Shown here one piece after another: positions 37,345 through 50,285 of a DNA stretch of 64,000 nt. The notes beneath the pieces are model-generated. The model searched no databases. It saw only the letters and a list, made by a program, of their open reading frames with translations, and was not told the DNA's origin. This stretch comes from Octopus vulgaris (taxonomy: Eukaryota). The position numbers and the translations under genes were made by a program. Each line of letters begins with the position of its first letter. Position 1 is the first letter of the stretch. Location: the NCBI GenBank assembly GCA_951406725.2, contig OX597817.1, forward strand, positions 98,580,001 to 98,644,000. The letters are read 5' to 3'.

Positions 37345-38935
37345 ACACACATACAAACTAACAAACACACAAATAGAAGCAAGTTGAAAATTTTTGATTA
37401 ACTATATATATATAGAGAGAGATAGATAGATATAGATATATATATATAGATATATAACTACACGTATATAATTATATGTATACAATGTTATATATATATA
37501 ACTATATATAACTCACACTCGGCAGAGTGTAAGTACCTTGAGAGAAAAGCTGGACCTAAGAAGCATCAGTTGTGGTGTGCAAGAGAGACGTTTGCGCTGG
37601 TATGGTCATGTGGCGAGAATGGATGAAGATAGTTGTGTGAAAAAGTGCCACACCCTAGCGGTTGAGGGAACCTGTGGAAGAGGCAGACCCAGGAAAACCT
37701 GGGACAAGGTGGTGAAGCACAACCTTTGAACTTTAGGTCTCACTGAGGAAATGACTAGAGACCGAGACCTCTGGAAGTGTGCTGTGCGCGAGAAGACCCT
37801 GGCAGGACAAGTGAGTCCATAACCCGTGGCCTTCTACATGGGATGGAGCCAGCCTACGTATGCATACCTTCCCTTCTTGGGACACAAAACTCTACTTGTG
37901 AAGACGTGTTGAGGCAAGTGAGGATCAGAATCGAAATCGATCAATGGAAATTGCGGATGTGTTACCAGTGCCGGTGGCATGTCGAAACTCTACTTGTGAA
38001 GACCCGTTGAGGCAAGTGAGGATCAGAATCGAAATCGATCAATGGAAATCAATCAATGGAAATTGCAGATGTGTTACCAGTGCCGGTGGCATGTAAGAGA
38101 ACTTTCCGTTTCGCGACCGTTGCCAGCACCGCCCGTTTGTGTCCGTTGCCAGCCTCGCCTGGCCCTCGTGCCGGTGGCACATAAAAAGCACCATCCGTTC
38201 GTGGCCGTTTGCCAGCTCTGTCTGGCACCAGTGCGGGTGGCACGTAAAAAGCATCCACTACACTAACGGAGTGGTTGGCGTTAGGAAGGGCATCCAGCCG
38301 TAGAAACACTGCCAGATTTGACTGGGCCTGATGAAGCCTTCTGGCTTCACAGACCCCAGTAGAACCGTCCAACCCATGCTAGCATGGAAAACGGACGCTA
38401 AACGATGATGATGATGATGATGATGATGATATATAAATATAGTTATATATATACAATGCTCTGGGGAAGAAACAGAGGCCAGTGTACAATTATGGTGCAC
38501 ACACACAAACTAAGAAACACACAAATAGAAGCAAGTTAAAAATTTTTGATTGACTACATATATATATATAGATAGATATATAGATATATATATATATAGA
38601 TATAATAAAAAGGGTAAATAATTTTTTTCGTGGATTTTTAGACAACCAACAATTATTTACCGGTAAATTTCGGTATGTAAATATGACTTTTAGCGTCTGG
38701 AACTTCTGTAGAGTTCAGTATATATAGTAGTAATTAAAAAGGCAGGCAACAGGTTGCTTTGCCGCATACCGAAAGAATTAGAAATGGCGGTCAGAGACTG
38801 TTTAATTCCATTTTCTACAAGTGGAGGCTCCATATATGATACAACCCTGCAAAATCGGAGTAGTAAATAAACGAAAACAATCTCTTACCGTTAATGGTGA
38901 ACATGTTTCTAGATTGTAGGCTAGAAATTGCCTAA

Positions 38936-38984
<49 letters not shown>

Positions 38985-39070
38985 GGTAGGTAGGTAGGTA
39001 GGTGGGTAGGTGGGTAGGTGGGTAGGTGGGTGGGTAGGTAGGTAGGTAGGTAGGTAGGTAGGTAGGTAGG

Positions 39071-39140
<70 letters not shown>

Positions 39141-39262
39141 TAGATATATAATTACATGTATATAATTATATGTATACAGTGTTATATATATAACTATATA
39201 TAAATATAGTTATATATATACAATGCTCTGGGGGAGAACAGAGGCCATAGTACAATTATGGT
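37345..39262. repeat. Old tandem duplication (about 240-bp unit), each copy later split by a different insertion
   Basis: aaacacacaaatagaagcaagtt...aatttttgatt at about 37364 and 38515; tatagttatatatatacaatgctctgggg...acagaggcca at about 38438 and 39205. Confidence 0.75.
37512..38428 (+). mobile_element. Young 5'-truncated RTE LINE 3' end
   Basis: RLRWYGH, GRGRPRKTW; CpG-rich 3' UTR with an internal ~100-bp duplication; (TGA)n tail; tatataa on both sides (TSD-like). Confidence 0.92.
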
Positions 39263-40361
39263 AGCAACTGAAAAGACGGAGACAAAAACACAGTCCACCT
39301 GTGGGTTAGGAGCTGCAGTCAGTCAGTGATTTAATGCCAAGCAGTGAATACAGTCAGGGGTGTGTGTGTGTGTGTATGTGCGTGTGATGCATGCATGAGT
39401 GTGTAGCAGCACTACCACCCAGATGTGGGAGCTGTAGTCCATAGCAGGCCTCAGTAACTGTTGGGAGCTGAAATATTTTTTAGCATTGGAGAAAAGTGCT
39501 AGTTTTTGAGATGTTGCCCTAACTACTTTCAGGAGAGATTTGTAGTGATAATGAAGTGCAGCATTTGGGGCTACCTGACTCCAGATACTGAGTTCTAGCT
39601 CATGTTTTAGAAGAGTGGTGGGATGGTGTTTTTTTTTTTACATACGAGTGCTTTTTATACCTGTGCTTTTTGCTGTTAAAAGAGACAAATTTAAAATGGT
39701 CCTACTGGATCCTCACTAGTATCTATTTTCATAATCAGTGCAGTTTGGAGAGTCAGGATGTGTGTAAGATAATGCATGGTTAGGGAAAGTTAGGGGAGTT
39801 ATTGGATGTGGCAACTATACAATCTTAAACAAAAATTCCTTCAATGTAAGCTTTCAATTTCTTTGCTATTAGCCCACACACTAGGTGATGTGTTTTGAAA
39901 ATATATCGTTTTTACATATAGGTTCTTTTTAAAATGCTATGTGGCTCAAATTTTAGTTGTGCATAATCCACAAGCTTGGTCAAACAGCAGCATTCAAGAC
40001 TGTACTTTTTAAAAACTGCAGTTGACTTCTTGAATGCAAATAGGACATATACAAAATATAATTACCTTTGTGGAAAATTACTAGTTCATTGTTCACTTGA
40101 ACATCTAACTATTGCCAGCATGTAACATTAATTTTAAAATGGAACATATTAGATAATGTAGTCACTAATATAAAAAAAAGGTAACTAATATAAAAAAAAA
40201 ATCAAGGCTGACCAGTGAGTAACTACCACAAATAAAAATCCAGACATTACATACATGCACACACAGAGTTTGTTCACATATATGTAACATATACAAATCT
40301 ACATGCAAGAATTTTCTATTTTGTATAATTTGACAACTAAAAATTGATGTGTAAAATCTAC

Positions 40362-40483
40362 CTTAATTTATCCCATTTATTCTTTGTAGCTCTGGTGTTA
40401 TCTTCAGGTGAAGAATTCTCTTCATCTTCATCATCTTCTGGTTGACGATATTGTTGTTGCGGCAGAACATTCTTCAAAGGTAC
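40362..40483 (-). CDS. Host gene exon (5th): VPLKNVLPQQQYRQPEDDEDEENSS...KWDKL
   Basis: tattaag| acceptor, ag|gtagat donor, 122 bp, phase 0->2, open frame. Confidence 0.8.
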
Positions 40484-40899
40484 CTTAATATAAATATGCA
40501 ATACTCTTTTATATGGAGCTTTCTGATTATTACATTAGCAAGGTTTAAGAAAATGCAAGTTTTAAAAAGAATTAGAATATTTCATAACTTCTTTAATTAG
40601 AAATCTTAGGTTTAAATTGTACCCTTTCCTAAGATCACCAAACCTGCACTTTAGGATAAAAGAGAGATGGTAATGAGAGCAAGAAGAACCTACAGATCTT
40701 ACAGCATATATAGGGTACCTGCTCAATTTATAAGGTTCTACAAACTGAAACCATTCAGGATTTGTACTTAGTTTAGAGTGAAGCAATAACAAGTTTTCAG
40801 ATGTTACAGTAAAACACATGTAAAACAGTAATGCTATACAGCTGCTTTGAGTCGAGTAAGAGTTGTGGCAGACAAAATGTATTGCAATATTTAGCCACT

Positions 40900-41430
40900 A
40901 TATATTCTGTGTTCAGCTGCCACCACCAAGGAAAGCATTGATCATGTTCACAACATGATGAATGACAAGCAATTGATTATAAATCAAATAGCCAATGCTA
41001 TTAGCACATTCTGTGAGAGAGTTGAGAATATTCTGCATAATGAACTTGATATGATGAAGGTTTCTGCTAGATGGGTGCTATGTCTTCTGATACCTGATCA
41101 AAAGTGCACCAAACTGATGATACCATGGAAAAGTCTGACATCGTTTGAGGCAGATCCAGTTGATTTCCAGACCAAGGGTGACTGTTGGGTTCATCACTTT
41201 GAGCCAGAGACAATCAATGCAGTGGAAACACCTCTTCTCCACTTGCTTTAAAGAAGGTCAAGGTCATTTCATTTGCAGGAAATGTGGTGGCCTCAGTTTT
41301 TTGGGATGCAAAAGGCATTGTGCTTAATGAAATGTGTTGACCACAAGAGGGACTATGTCGAAAAATAAACCTCATTTGGTCACATTCCATGAGAGTATCT
41401 TGGTCAGCCTATGAACTTTACAGCCAGCCT
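40900..41430 (+). mobile_element. Degraded mariner fragment
   Basis: ILHNELDMMKVSARWV, DCWVHHFEPET, and VFWDAKGI-like remnants. Confidence 0.8.
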
Positions 41431-41500
41431 TCACATTATGATGTAGGTTACAACTTACTTCTATAAATTACAACTCACAAATTTGTGGCTTTGAGCTAAT

Positions 41501-41553
<53 letters not shown>

Positions 41554-41557
<4 letters not shown>

Positions 41558-42111
41558 GCCCTGATGCAGTACCAGGCAGTGGCTCTCATGGCTTCTGATC
41601 TTAACTGATTGGAAGTGTTATCATGTACATTGTTTTGTCTTGGTATAAAAGATGGGCTACAGCAAATATTCTGCTCAGTACCACAGATTTGCTTGTCAGT
41701 TGTTTGACCTTAACCAGTTGAGCATGTCCCTTAGTGGCTGACGATATGTGCATCTCTGATCACGTGCAGAAGTAGTGGGGGAGCATCATAGCCATGTGTT
41801 GAGAGGGATTCTTTGGGGTTTGAATAATTCACCTCTGGAAACATGGGTGGTTCTTTCAACATCCTTAAACAACCCTTATTCAGGGACCTTTTGAGCGGGA
41901 TGGGCTACTCAACCTGAAGAAAATTCTAACTGGGCCCCACCTGCAAGGTCATGTGCTGTTTATCTTGATATGAGATCACCATGTCGCGCACATATGGTTG
42001 TGATGCATGTGCCTGGTGTACCCTTATCAGACGGGTAGTCATGATGGGTATACTGGGCTTCGTATATTTTACCCCAGTGTCACTTTGATGGCATGCACTG
42101 CTCTCTCACTC
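41554..42111. mobile_element. About 558-bp non-coding element embedded in an (AAT)n microsatellite
   Basis: Sharp GC-richer block with pure (AAT)n on both sides; no ORF, TIR or tRNA head seen. Confidence 0.6.
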
Positions 42112-42166
<55 letters not shown>

Positions 42167-42169
42167 GAA

Positions 42170-42210
<41 letters not shown>

Positions 42211-43048
42211 AATGAACTAAACATCATATCATACAGTCAATAAATATAGACCAGCATAAACGTCTCCCCATGCTAAAAAAAATTTAGAACATTACAAGTA
42301 ATAATGGCCATATCAAAAGATACACTAGATACCAACAAAGTAAATGACTTGATCAACTCAACAGCTGTAGTGATATCCAGGGAAACTGGACCCTTACAAG
42401 GAAAAAAAAAGTCCCAACCAAATCTCAAAGCCCAAAATGGAAACAGATCATAATAAATAAAATTCATAAACAAAAGAAAGACATCACTACTTTGTGAATT
42501 AGAGAAAATGGGATCAACTATGAAAAATAAAAAAAAAGGCTTATATAACAAAACAATGCAACATAAAAAATAAAGTAGATACCTGGGAGGTAAAAGAAAA
42601 AATTAAACAGGGTATAGCAGCAAAAACTTGCCACATGAAAAATGGGAACGCTTCTTCCAATAAAATAGAGAATTCAAAATATACATAAAAAGTTTTTATA
42701 GAAAGCCAAACAAAAAAAACTATATCAATAGATGCCATGCCAACAACATCAGCGATTTAGTCATACTGGGAAGCAATTTGGAACAAACCAAAAAACACAA
42801 TAAAAATGCTCCATCGATTAGTAGGGAAAAGGATAGGAACACAATTGAACAACAGATATGGTCCACCATCACAGGCCAAGAGATCATGGACACACTGAGG
42901 AGTACCAGCAACTGGAAAGCTCCAGGGATAGACAAGGTCCTCAACTTTTGGTTGAAACACCTCACCAACACCCATTAACAACTTAGCAGCAGTATTTAAT
43001 TTATTGATAAGTGAGCCAGAATCAACACCAAACTGGATGAGCAAGCAT

Positions 43049-46000
43049 TGTCATAGTTAAATAATAATTAAAGGAAAAGAGCAGAGTTATGTCCCCTCAT
43101 TCTGTTGTAGGTAGTTGGTGCTTTGAGAGCACTGTACTCCCAACAGTCTTTGCGACATAGCATTTCTACTGGAAAGATATACAAACTCAAGACGGACATT
43201 TAGTCTCTCTTATCTTATTTGGTGCAACTCTCATTGGACTGAGCTCTTGACTCCTGGCTCTCAGAGAGGTTGGCTTGCTTTATTCTCAGCCATTACAGTT
43301 ACCTCATTATGTAGCTGGTGCATTCCTTACTCTCTTCTGTTCCAGCATGAATCACATAAGATGAACCTTTAACCATTAATGCTAACTGGCTTATTCTCCA
43401 ACCACCTACTGACCAACTAATTTTCACTAGCTATAAAACAACCACATTTGTACACCTTTTACTATTTCACATGCACTTTTTGTAAAAGCACAGTTATATA
43501 AAAACTTGTTAACTAAACTTTGACAGACTGTTATTTGTCAGGCCAATGTATACACAGCTTAATATAACACAAACAACAAAACTGGATTCATGTTTGACTC
43601 TTCACTAAAATGGTGACGCCGAAAGAAGAAAAAATTGTTTTTATGCGTCAAGTCAACGTTTTCCTGTCTCTTCTTACCCTACATCTTTTCAGTCAGTTTA
43701 CCTAACAACTTAAGTGGACAGCAAACGAAGTTATATAGTTGTGAGTTATTTTTTCAACTTTTGAATGGTATTGTCTTCTTCGTCTTCTCACGGGGGTGAT
43801 GTGACAGCATCACTGACTCCAGCAACCAAGTATAGTGAAGTTCTTCCTTGCTGCTACTGCTACAACCATCATGTTTAGTACTCTATAGCTTCGCTTTCCT
43901 CCTCTTCACCTAGCCTCGCTTCTTCAATTTCCTGGGTAGTCTATTGATTTTCATGCTGATATTTTTCTATTCGTCTACATTTCTTGACAGCAACAGGCAG
44001 CATTCTTCCTTCCCGCTCTTTTGTGGAGATGTTCCTTTGTACTTCGCGCAAGAAGAGGCATACTTTGTTGTGAATAATATCCAGTCAGCTCAACAGCAAC
44101 TTGACATTTTGCTTAGTGTGTTTCCTTCTGCCTTGGCTACTCATTTGAAAGATTTGATAACAGATATGCCAAAGGATGCAACTTATTCCTCAATCAAACA
44201 AGAGGTTTTTTTGCAGGACATCCTTTTCAGTTGAGCGCCGCTTCCAGACCCTTGTAAACTATGAGCATTTGGGTGACAGAAAGCTCACAGAATTTCCTTG
44301 TCGCATTCGCAACCTCAGACGTGTCTCCTGAAGACAGCTCTCTCCTAAAACAGTTATTCTTCTTATGTTTCCTGCAGAATGTCCAGGCCATCTTAGCTCC
44401 TATGGTTGAAGTCAGCACTGCAGATCAGATAGCCACTTCAGCTGACAAAATAATGGAATTTTCTGGAAACTAAACCTCTTCCACTGAAGTCATTTCTGCA
44501 TTGTCTAATATAGTTACTGTTGATCTTATTTCTAATCATGCATGCGACTATGGAAGCAATTCAGCAACTTACGAGACAGATTGAAAAGATGTGTGTACCT
44601 CGAGAGTTCTGGTGTCATATCCGTTCATTCAGTCGTCATTGTTATTCCTCTCCTTCTTCGTCAAGGACTGTATACTGGTATCATGCACATTTTGACACAA
44701 AAGCACACAAGTGTGTGTCACCATGTTCATCCTCAAGTCAAGAAATCTAGCTAGGGAGACACTGAGCATGTCAGCAGCTCCCACTACGTCAGCCCCTAAT
44801 CATGCATTTTTTTGTGCTGGACCCCAACTTGCATAAGAATTTTATGGTTGACACTGGTACTTCATGTAGCATCTGGCCGGTAAAGTTTGTAACAGATAAG
44901 TCTGTTCTCTCTCGAATTTCTCAGCAAGTTGTCAACAATTCTTCTATTGACACATTTGGGCAGATATCTCTCTCCTTGGATAGATGTTTTGTGATTGCTG
45001 ATCTACCCTATCCTAATCTCTGGGCAGATTTCTTCCACCACTTCTCACTGTTGATGGATGTTCACCAACAGCATTTGTTGGATAGCCTAATGGAGTTATC
45101 AGTTCCTGGTTGTCCAGCATTTGCTCTTGTTGTAAGCCTGGTACTTTTTAGTGTTGTATCTGGTGATACCTACCATTCACTTCTTGACTCTTTCCTGGAG
45201 CTTACCAATTTAACTTTCCCAGTCACTGATCCTGTTCATTCTATGAGGCATCTTATCAACACCAATGGTTCACCAGTGTTTGCTTATCCCCGCCATCTTC
45301 CTCCTGATAAACTCAAGGCTGCAAAAGCAGAATTCAACCACATGCTCCAGTTGGGGCTTATTCATCCTTCTTTGGTTTGCAAAGAAGCTATGGATTTCCA
45401 GCCAGTTGGGGATTATCATAGATTAAATGCTATTACGACCCTGGACAGATACCCTTTTCACACTTGCAGGACTTTTCTTGCTACCTTGCTTGGTAGTACT
45501 GTCTTTATTAAGGTTGATCTTGTCCAGGCATATCACCAGATTCCTTTAAATCCAGACGATATACCAAAGACTGCACTTACTACTCCTTTTAGTTCATTTG
45601 AATTCCTTTCAATATCTTTTGGATTGTGGAATACCACTAGCACCTTTCAAAGGTTTATAGACAAGGTCATTTATGGTCACAACTTCGTCTATGCTTATAC
45701 TGATGATTTATTCATCACAAGTTCTACAAAGGAAGAACATATCCAGCATCTAACACTACTTTTTTCAGCATTTATGTAAATTATCAAGTCAAAATCAACC
45801 CAGCAAAGAGTGTGTTTGGTTCTGCATTGCTGGAATTCTTAGACCATATAATGGAATTCGTCCTCTCCCACAGAAAGTACAAACTATTCAGAAGCTTCCT
45901 TCTCCATCTTCTCTTAAGCAGCTTCACCATTTCCTCAGTTTGGCGAATTTTTATCATGGATTCATTCCAAATTGTGTGGAGAAATTGAGTTCACTTACAG

Positions 46001-46350
46001 CATTGCTGAAAGATTGGAAGAAGAGGAATGAAGTTATCACCCTTTCCCCATCACTTGTTGCTGATTTTCAAACTGTTAAACAAGCCCTGGCTAATGTTTC
46101 AATGTTAGTACACCTAAAATCCAATGCAAAGCTTTTGCTTGTGGTAAATGCATCAGATACAGCTGTGGGTGCCATATTACAGCAAGCTGACCAAGGAATT
46201 CTGCAACTGCTGGCATTTTATTGCCATCATCTCAAGCCTGCTGGGATGCGCTATAGCATGTTTGGAAGAGAATTACTTGCTATTTATTTTGTGGGGAAGC
46301 ATTTTTGTCATTTCCTAGAAGGAAGGGAGTTTATGATATTCACAAACCAT
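43049..46350 (+). mobile_element. CsRn1-like gypsy relic, 5' half only (LTR, PBS, gag, PR, RT, partial RNase H)
   Basis: TG at 43049; PBS-like TGGTGACGCCGA at 43611 (tRNA-Trp type); CHCC gag motif relic WYHAHFDTKAHKCVSPC; VDTG, DYHRLN, DLVQAYHQIP, YTDD, RELLAIY. Confidence 0.88.
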
Positions 46351-47500
46351 GCCAATAACAAAAACACTGTACACCCACAAAATTGCAGACCAATAACATG
46401 CTTATCAACATCCTACAAAACCCTAACATCAGTCATCTATAACTGGCCTATAAAGCACCTAGAAAACTACAATGGTGCTGGAGAGGGATGTATGGCTGTA
46501 AGGAGCAACTTCTAGTAAACTGAGCCATTACATAGGACTGTAAGAGGAGAAAGACAAACCTGAACATGACTTGGATTGATTGCCAGAAATCATTTGACAG
46601 TGTTCCAAACTCATGGATGCTGGAATCTCTCCACACAAATAAGTTAACTCCACCATTACTAAAGTATATTAAATATGGCAAACTGGAAAACCAGTATAAC
46701 ATTAAAAAATAACTCACAAGTTATTAAAACCTACCCTATACCCATAAGAAGGAGGATTTTCCTGGGAGATTCAGTTACCCCTGCTTTTCTGCCTTTCTCT
46801 GATTCTGCTAACAAACTTGTTAGCAGAACCATGGGTTATAGGTGTTATGGACAAAAAATAAGCCATCTCCTGTACATGGATGACATAAAACTTTTTGCTA
46901 AAAGCACCACAGAACAGAGAAACCTTATCAAAATTGTCCAGAGTCTCAGCAATGACATTGGAATGACCATGGGGTTGGACAAATTTGCCAGTGTCACACT
47001 GAGAAGAGGCAAATTATTCAGCACTGAAAACACTGCACTCAGCATAAACACAGAAAGTAGATATTTAGACTACAACTGCTTGTACAAATATCTAGGAACA
47101 GATGAAACAGCTACAATACAACACACAGAATGAAAGAAAAAATTAGGAGGGGGTATTACAAAAGAGTTAGACTAATATTAAGCACTGAACTTAATGCTAA
47201 AAATAAGATAATAGAGATAAACACACTAGCCATACCTATTATAAATTACAGCATTAACATAATAAACTGGAAGATCAGTGAATCGAGAAACCTAGATAGA
47301 AGAATCAGAAAACTACTAACAGTGTTACAGTTCTGTATTTGAGAGATGAGGAATTATGTACATTATTTACATTTGATGGATATTTGCTAGGACATAATAA
47401 CCTCCTAAGCAGACCTAGTGCAGATATGAGCAGCATATGGGAACTAGTATTAAGGAAGGATAGGAAAATATTAGATTTATAAGCCTCCTTAATTGCCCAC

Positions 47501-47572
47501 GGGCATATGTCATAGTGGTTAAGAGCATAGGCTACTAACCCCAAGATTCCGAGTTTGATTCCAGGCAGTGAC
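47501..47572 (+). ncRNA. tRNA-like (Pol III A/B box) segment, not an intact tRNA gene
   Basis: catagtggttaagagc (A box/D arm), gg-ctactaa-cc (anticodon-arm-like), gagtttgattcc (B box/T loop); acceptor stem poor. Confidence 0.7.
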
Positions 47573-47579
47573 TTGAATG

Positions 47580-47645
<66 letters not shown>

Positions 47646-47696
47646 GTATTGTGAAAATACCTTAGGAATGAGAACCCTCATTTGAAATTCCCCAGG

Positions 47697-47737
47697 ACAC
47701 CTGATGAAGGCTGGAGAGTACATCAGCCGAAATGTGT
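47697..47737 (+). ncRNA. Hammerhead ribozyme core, helix III/cleavage site missing in this copy
   Basis: acac-CTGATGA(47701-07)-a-ggctg...cagcc-GAAA(47729-32)-t-gtgt; helix I acac/gtgt and helix II ggctg/cagcc. Confidence 0.65.
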
Positions 47738-50196
47738 TAACAACAAACAAGATGAGGACAAATATCCCTCAAATGTAAATAATGTACTAACAGTGTGCTG
47801 AAGTCATCACCCCAAAGCAGACACAGACAGAATATATCTATCCTGCTCAGAAGGAGGCTATGGCCTGATATAGATAGAGACTTACAGTAAAATCACAACA
47901 GTTGGACTAGCAAAATACTTAGAAACAAAGAGTGGAAGACTACTGCATGTAGTAAAGCAACATGAGAAAAAGAAAATGCTTTTCTCTATACACAAGGAGG
48001 CGACAAAATACAGAAACAAACTACACTTGACCTCAGATGTCAACATAGCATAATGGTCAAAGAGACAAAAAACATGAAAACTGAATTACAAAAGATACTG
48101 AACAAGAAATGGAGAGAAAAATCACTTCATGGCCAATAACCTGCAAGGTTTGACAGAGAGGAAGTGAGCCTAAATAAAAGCCAACAATGAATCAAAAGCT
48201 CTGGACTAAAAGCCAAAACGGAAGGGCTGATTCTTGCTGCACAAGACCAATGCCTGACTACAAAATTATATAAACAAAATAATGAAAACAGGCCTCAATG
48301 TGCAACTAGTATAATGAGGCAGTTGACTACGTCATCTCAGGCTGCTTAGTCCTTACCAAGTCTGAATATATATACAGACACAACAAAGTAAGCAGTTATA
48401 TCCATTGGACAATATGCCAACATCAAAACTGATAACAGCTGGCATAAGCATGTGCCAAGCAAGGTACAAGACAATGACCAGACCACAATCATCTGGGATA
48501 TGCCTGTTCAAACCAACAAAGATATAAAAGCTAATCACCCAGACATAATAGTCAAGGATTGGGGAAAAAAACACCAGCTTACTGATAGATATTGCAGTCC
48601 CTTCTGATCAAAATATTGTCAAAAAAGAAGCGGAAAAATTGTCAAAGTACAAAGACCTCAAAATTGAAGTATTCAAAATGTGGAGCATGAAGGTAAAAAC
48701 AATACCAATAATAATTGGCACAATGGGCATGATAAAAAACATATGAACAAAAACGTAGAGCCTATACCTGGATCCTCAACACTACACACTGTCCCAAAAA
48801 TAGTCCTGCTAGGAACAGCCCACATCCTATGCAAGACACTATAAAGCAAATAATACAACCAAAACAAAACAACCCACAAATACAAGACAGACTTTTACCC
48901 AGTGAAATAAACTTCCACTAGCAAGCCAGAAAATTAAAGCATTTCACACTCAACACACAATACAAGCTGTAACACAACAAGACTGCACCACACCTCAAGA
49001 GAAAAAACAAAAACAAAAAGACTAACACAATACAGTATTGGGAAGAGTCTGCACACTCCCAACAGCAGAAAAGAACATACAATGCTATACACATCCCAGC
49101 AACACAAAGATGTAGTAGATGATGCAGTAGAAATTTGCCTCAATCTTGCCAAATATTGAACGGTTATATAATAATAATAATCATTTGCAGTGTTTACCTC
49201 CACTATTCATATTAGCATGAATATGGCTTTTATCAATGTGAATATGTTATATTGAATACTATATAAAAATGATCAGAGTAAGAAGGGGAAATAATATCAT
49301 GATGATGCTGAATCTCAAGAATTCCATGCAATTAACAAAGAAAAAGCAGTCTGATGAAGCTTATAGATGCAGAAGCATGTATTCACAATCACCCTGTTGT
49401 CTCCAGAGAAAAACAGTGTTTTGTAAATTCTAAAGAATTCTTGATTCTTGAGATCATGTCCCCTTCTAATTCTGAGTCAGTTACAACTGCTGTCAGGCAT
49501 TTCTTTGTTATTTGTAGAAGATAATTTCAATAAATCAAGAATTAATAATATGTGATATTTAATACACCTTTATATATATTACTGTTATATGCTCATTCTA
49601 CTTGTAAATACTCAACCATAAAGTATTGTCAGTTAGGCAAGCTGAAGTATGCAGATTAATGTTAATTGTCTATGGGTACATAAAAATGGTTAAAGCAAGA
49701 TTTGAACTGATGAACATGAGTTTAGTAATCAACCTTCTTAAACTTAAGATTACTATCATTATTACAAATCAAAATATATATCATTCTATATATGCTGATC
49801 CAACCAACTCAAATTCTACAGCCCACTAAGTCTTTCCATAGATTTTCTATTCATAATTAAAGTGATATCATAGATGAAATATGGTAGTGTAGAAATTGTA
49901 CAGCTTTGTGAGTTGTGAGATCATATTTGTTGCTGGTGAATCACTGGTCCTGAGTAAGAGACTAAATTCTATATGCTTCCACTTATATAATTTCTAGATC
50001 ACTTGAGAATGTAATGTGATATACTGATGTCTTATCCACAGGAACATTATTTATTTATTTGACACTTCAGTGTCTATATAAAGCAATAGTATTATGAGTT
50101 TTTGTGGTCCATTGTAATATTTGATTTTTGTTTTTAAGCAATTGAAAAACAACTATTATTTTTTACATGTCATGCAAAACAAAATTTAATACTCAC

Positions 50197-50285
50197 AACT
50201 GATCTTGGTTCACTGCGGATGTCATATGATTCAGCTAACTTTGATGGTTGTTTAAGTTCTACTCGACATTCATGACGTTCCAGTG
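50197..50285 (-). CDS. Host gene exon (4th): LERHECRVELKQPSKLAESYDIRSEPRSV
   Basis: cttgtag| acceptor, |gtgagt donor, 89 bp, phase 1->0. Confidence 0.85.

Larger units (their letters stand above)
47326..47784 (+). mobile_element. Short Penelope-like 3'-end insertion: inverted tail + ORF end + tRNA-like module + (AAT)n + hammerhead core
   Basis: 12-bp TSD tactaacagtgt (47314-25, 47785-96); 47359-86 is the reverse complement of 47759-86 (27/28); ORF end NNLLSRPSADMSSIWELVL...* (47387-47482). Confidence 0.8.
42230..48845 (+). mobile_element. R4/Dong-like non-LTR retrotransposon relic (RT + CCHC + RLE endonuclease), interrupted at 43049-46350 and 47326-47784
   Basis: NWKAPGID, NCRPITCL, WIDCQKSFDSVP, SHLLYMDDIKLFAK, YKYLG, HHPKADTDRIYL, TEGLILAAQDQ, RHN, PDI, IDIAVP, EKLSKY. 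Confidence 0.85.

Noticed and set aside
39259-39821. Possible solo LTR
   Set aside because: GC-richer block ending in ...ataca, but no convincing TG start or TSD found.
40066-40104. 39-bp exon candidate
   Set aside because: In the required phase it hits TGA after five codons; the open frame is phase-incompatible.
45940-46515. Novel RNase H-RT fusion protein
   Set aside because: Deletion junction between two decayed elements; catalytic residues are mutated and the frame ends quickly.
47501-47572. Functional tRNA gene
   Set aside because: Poor acceptor stem, mutated T loop, no oligo-T terminator, and it lies inside a TSD-flanked insertion.
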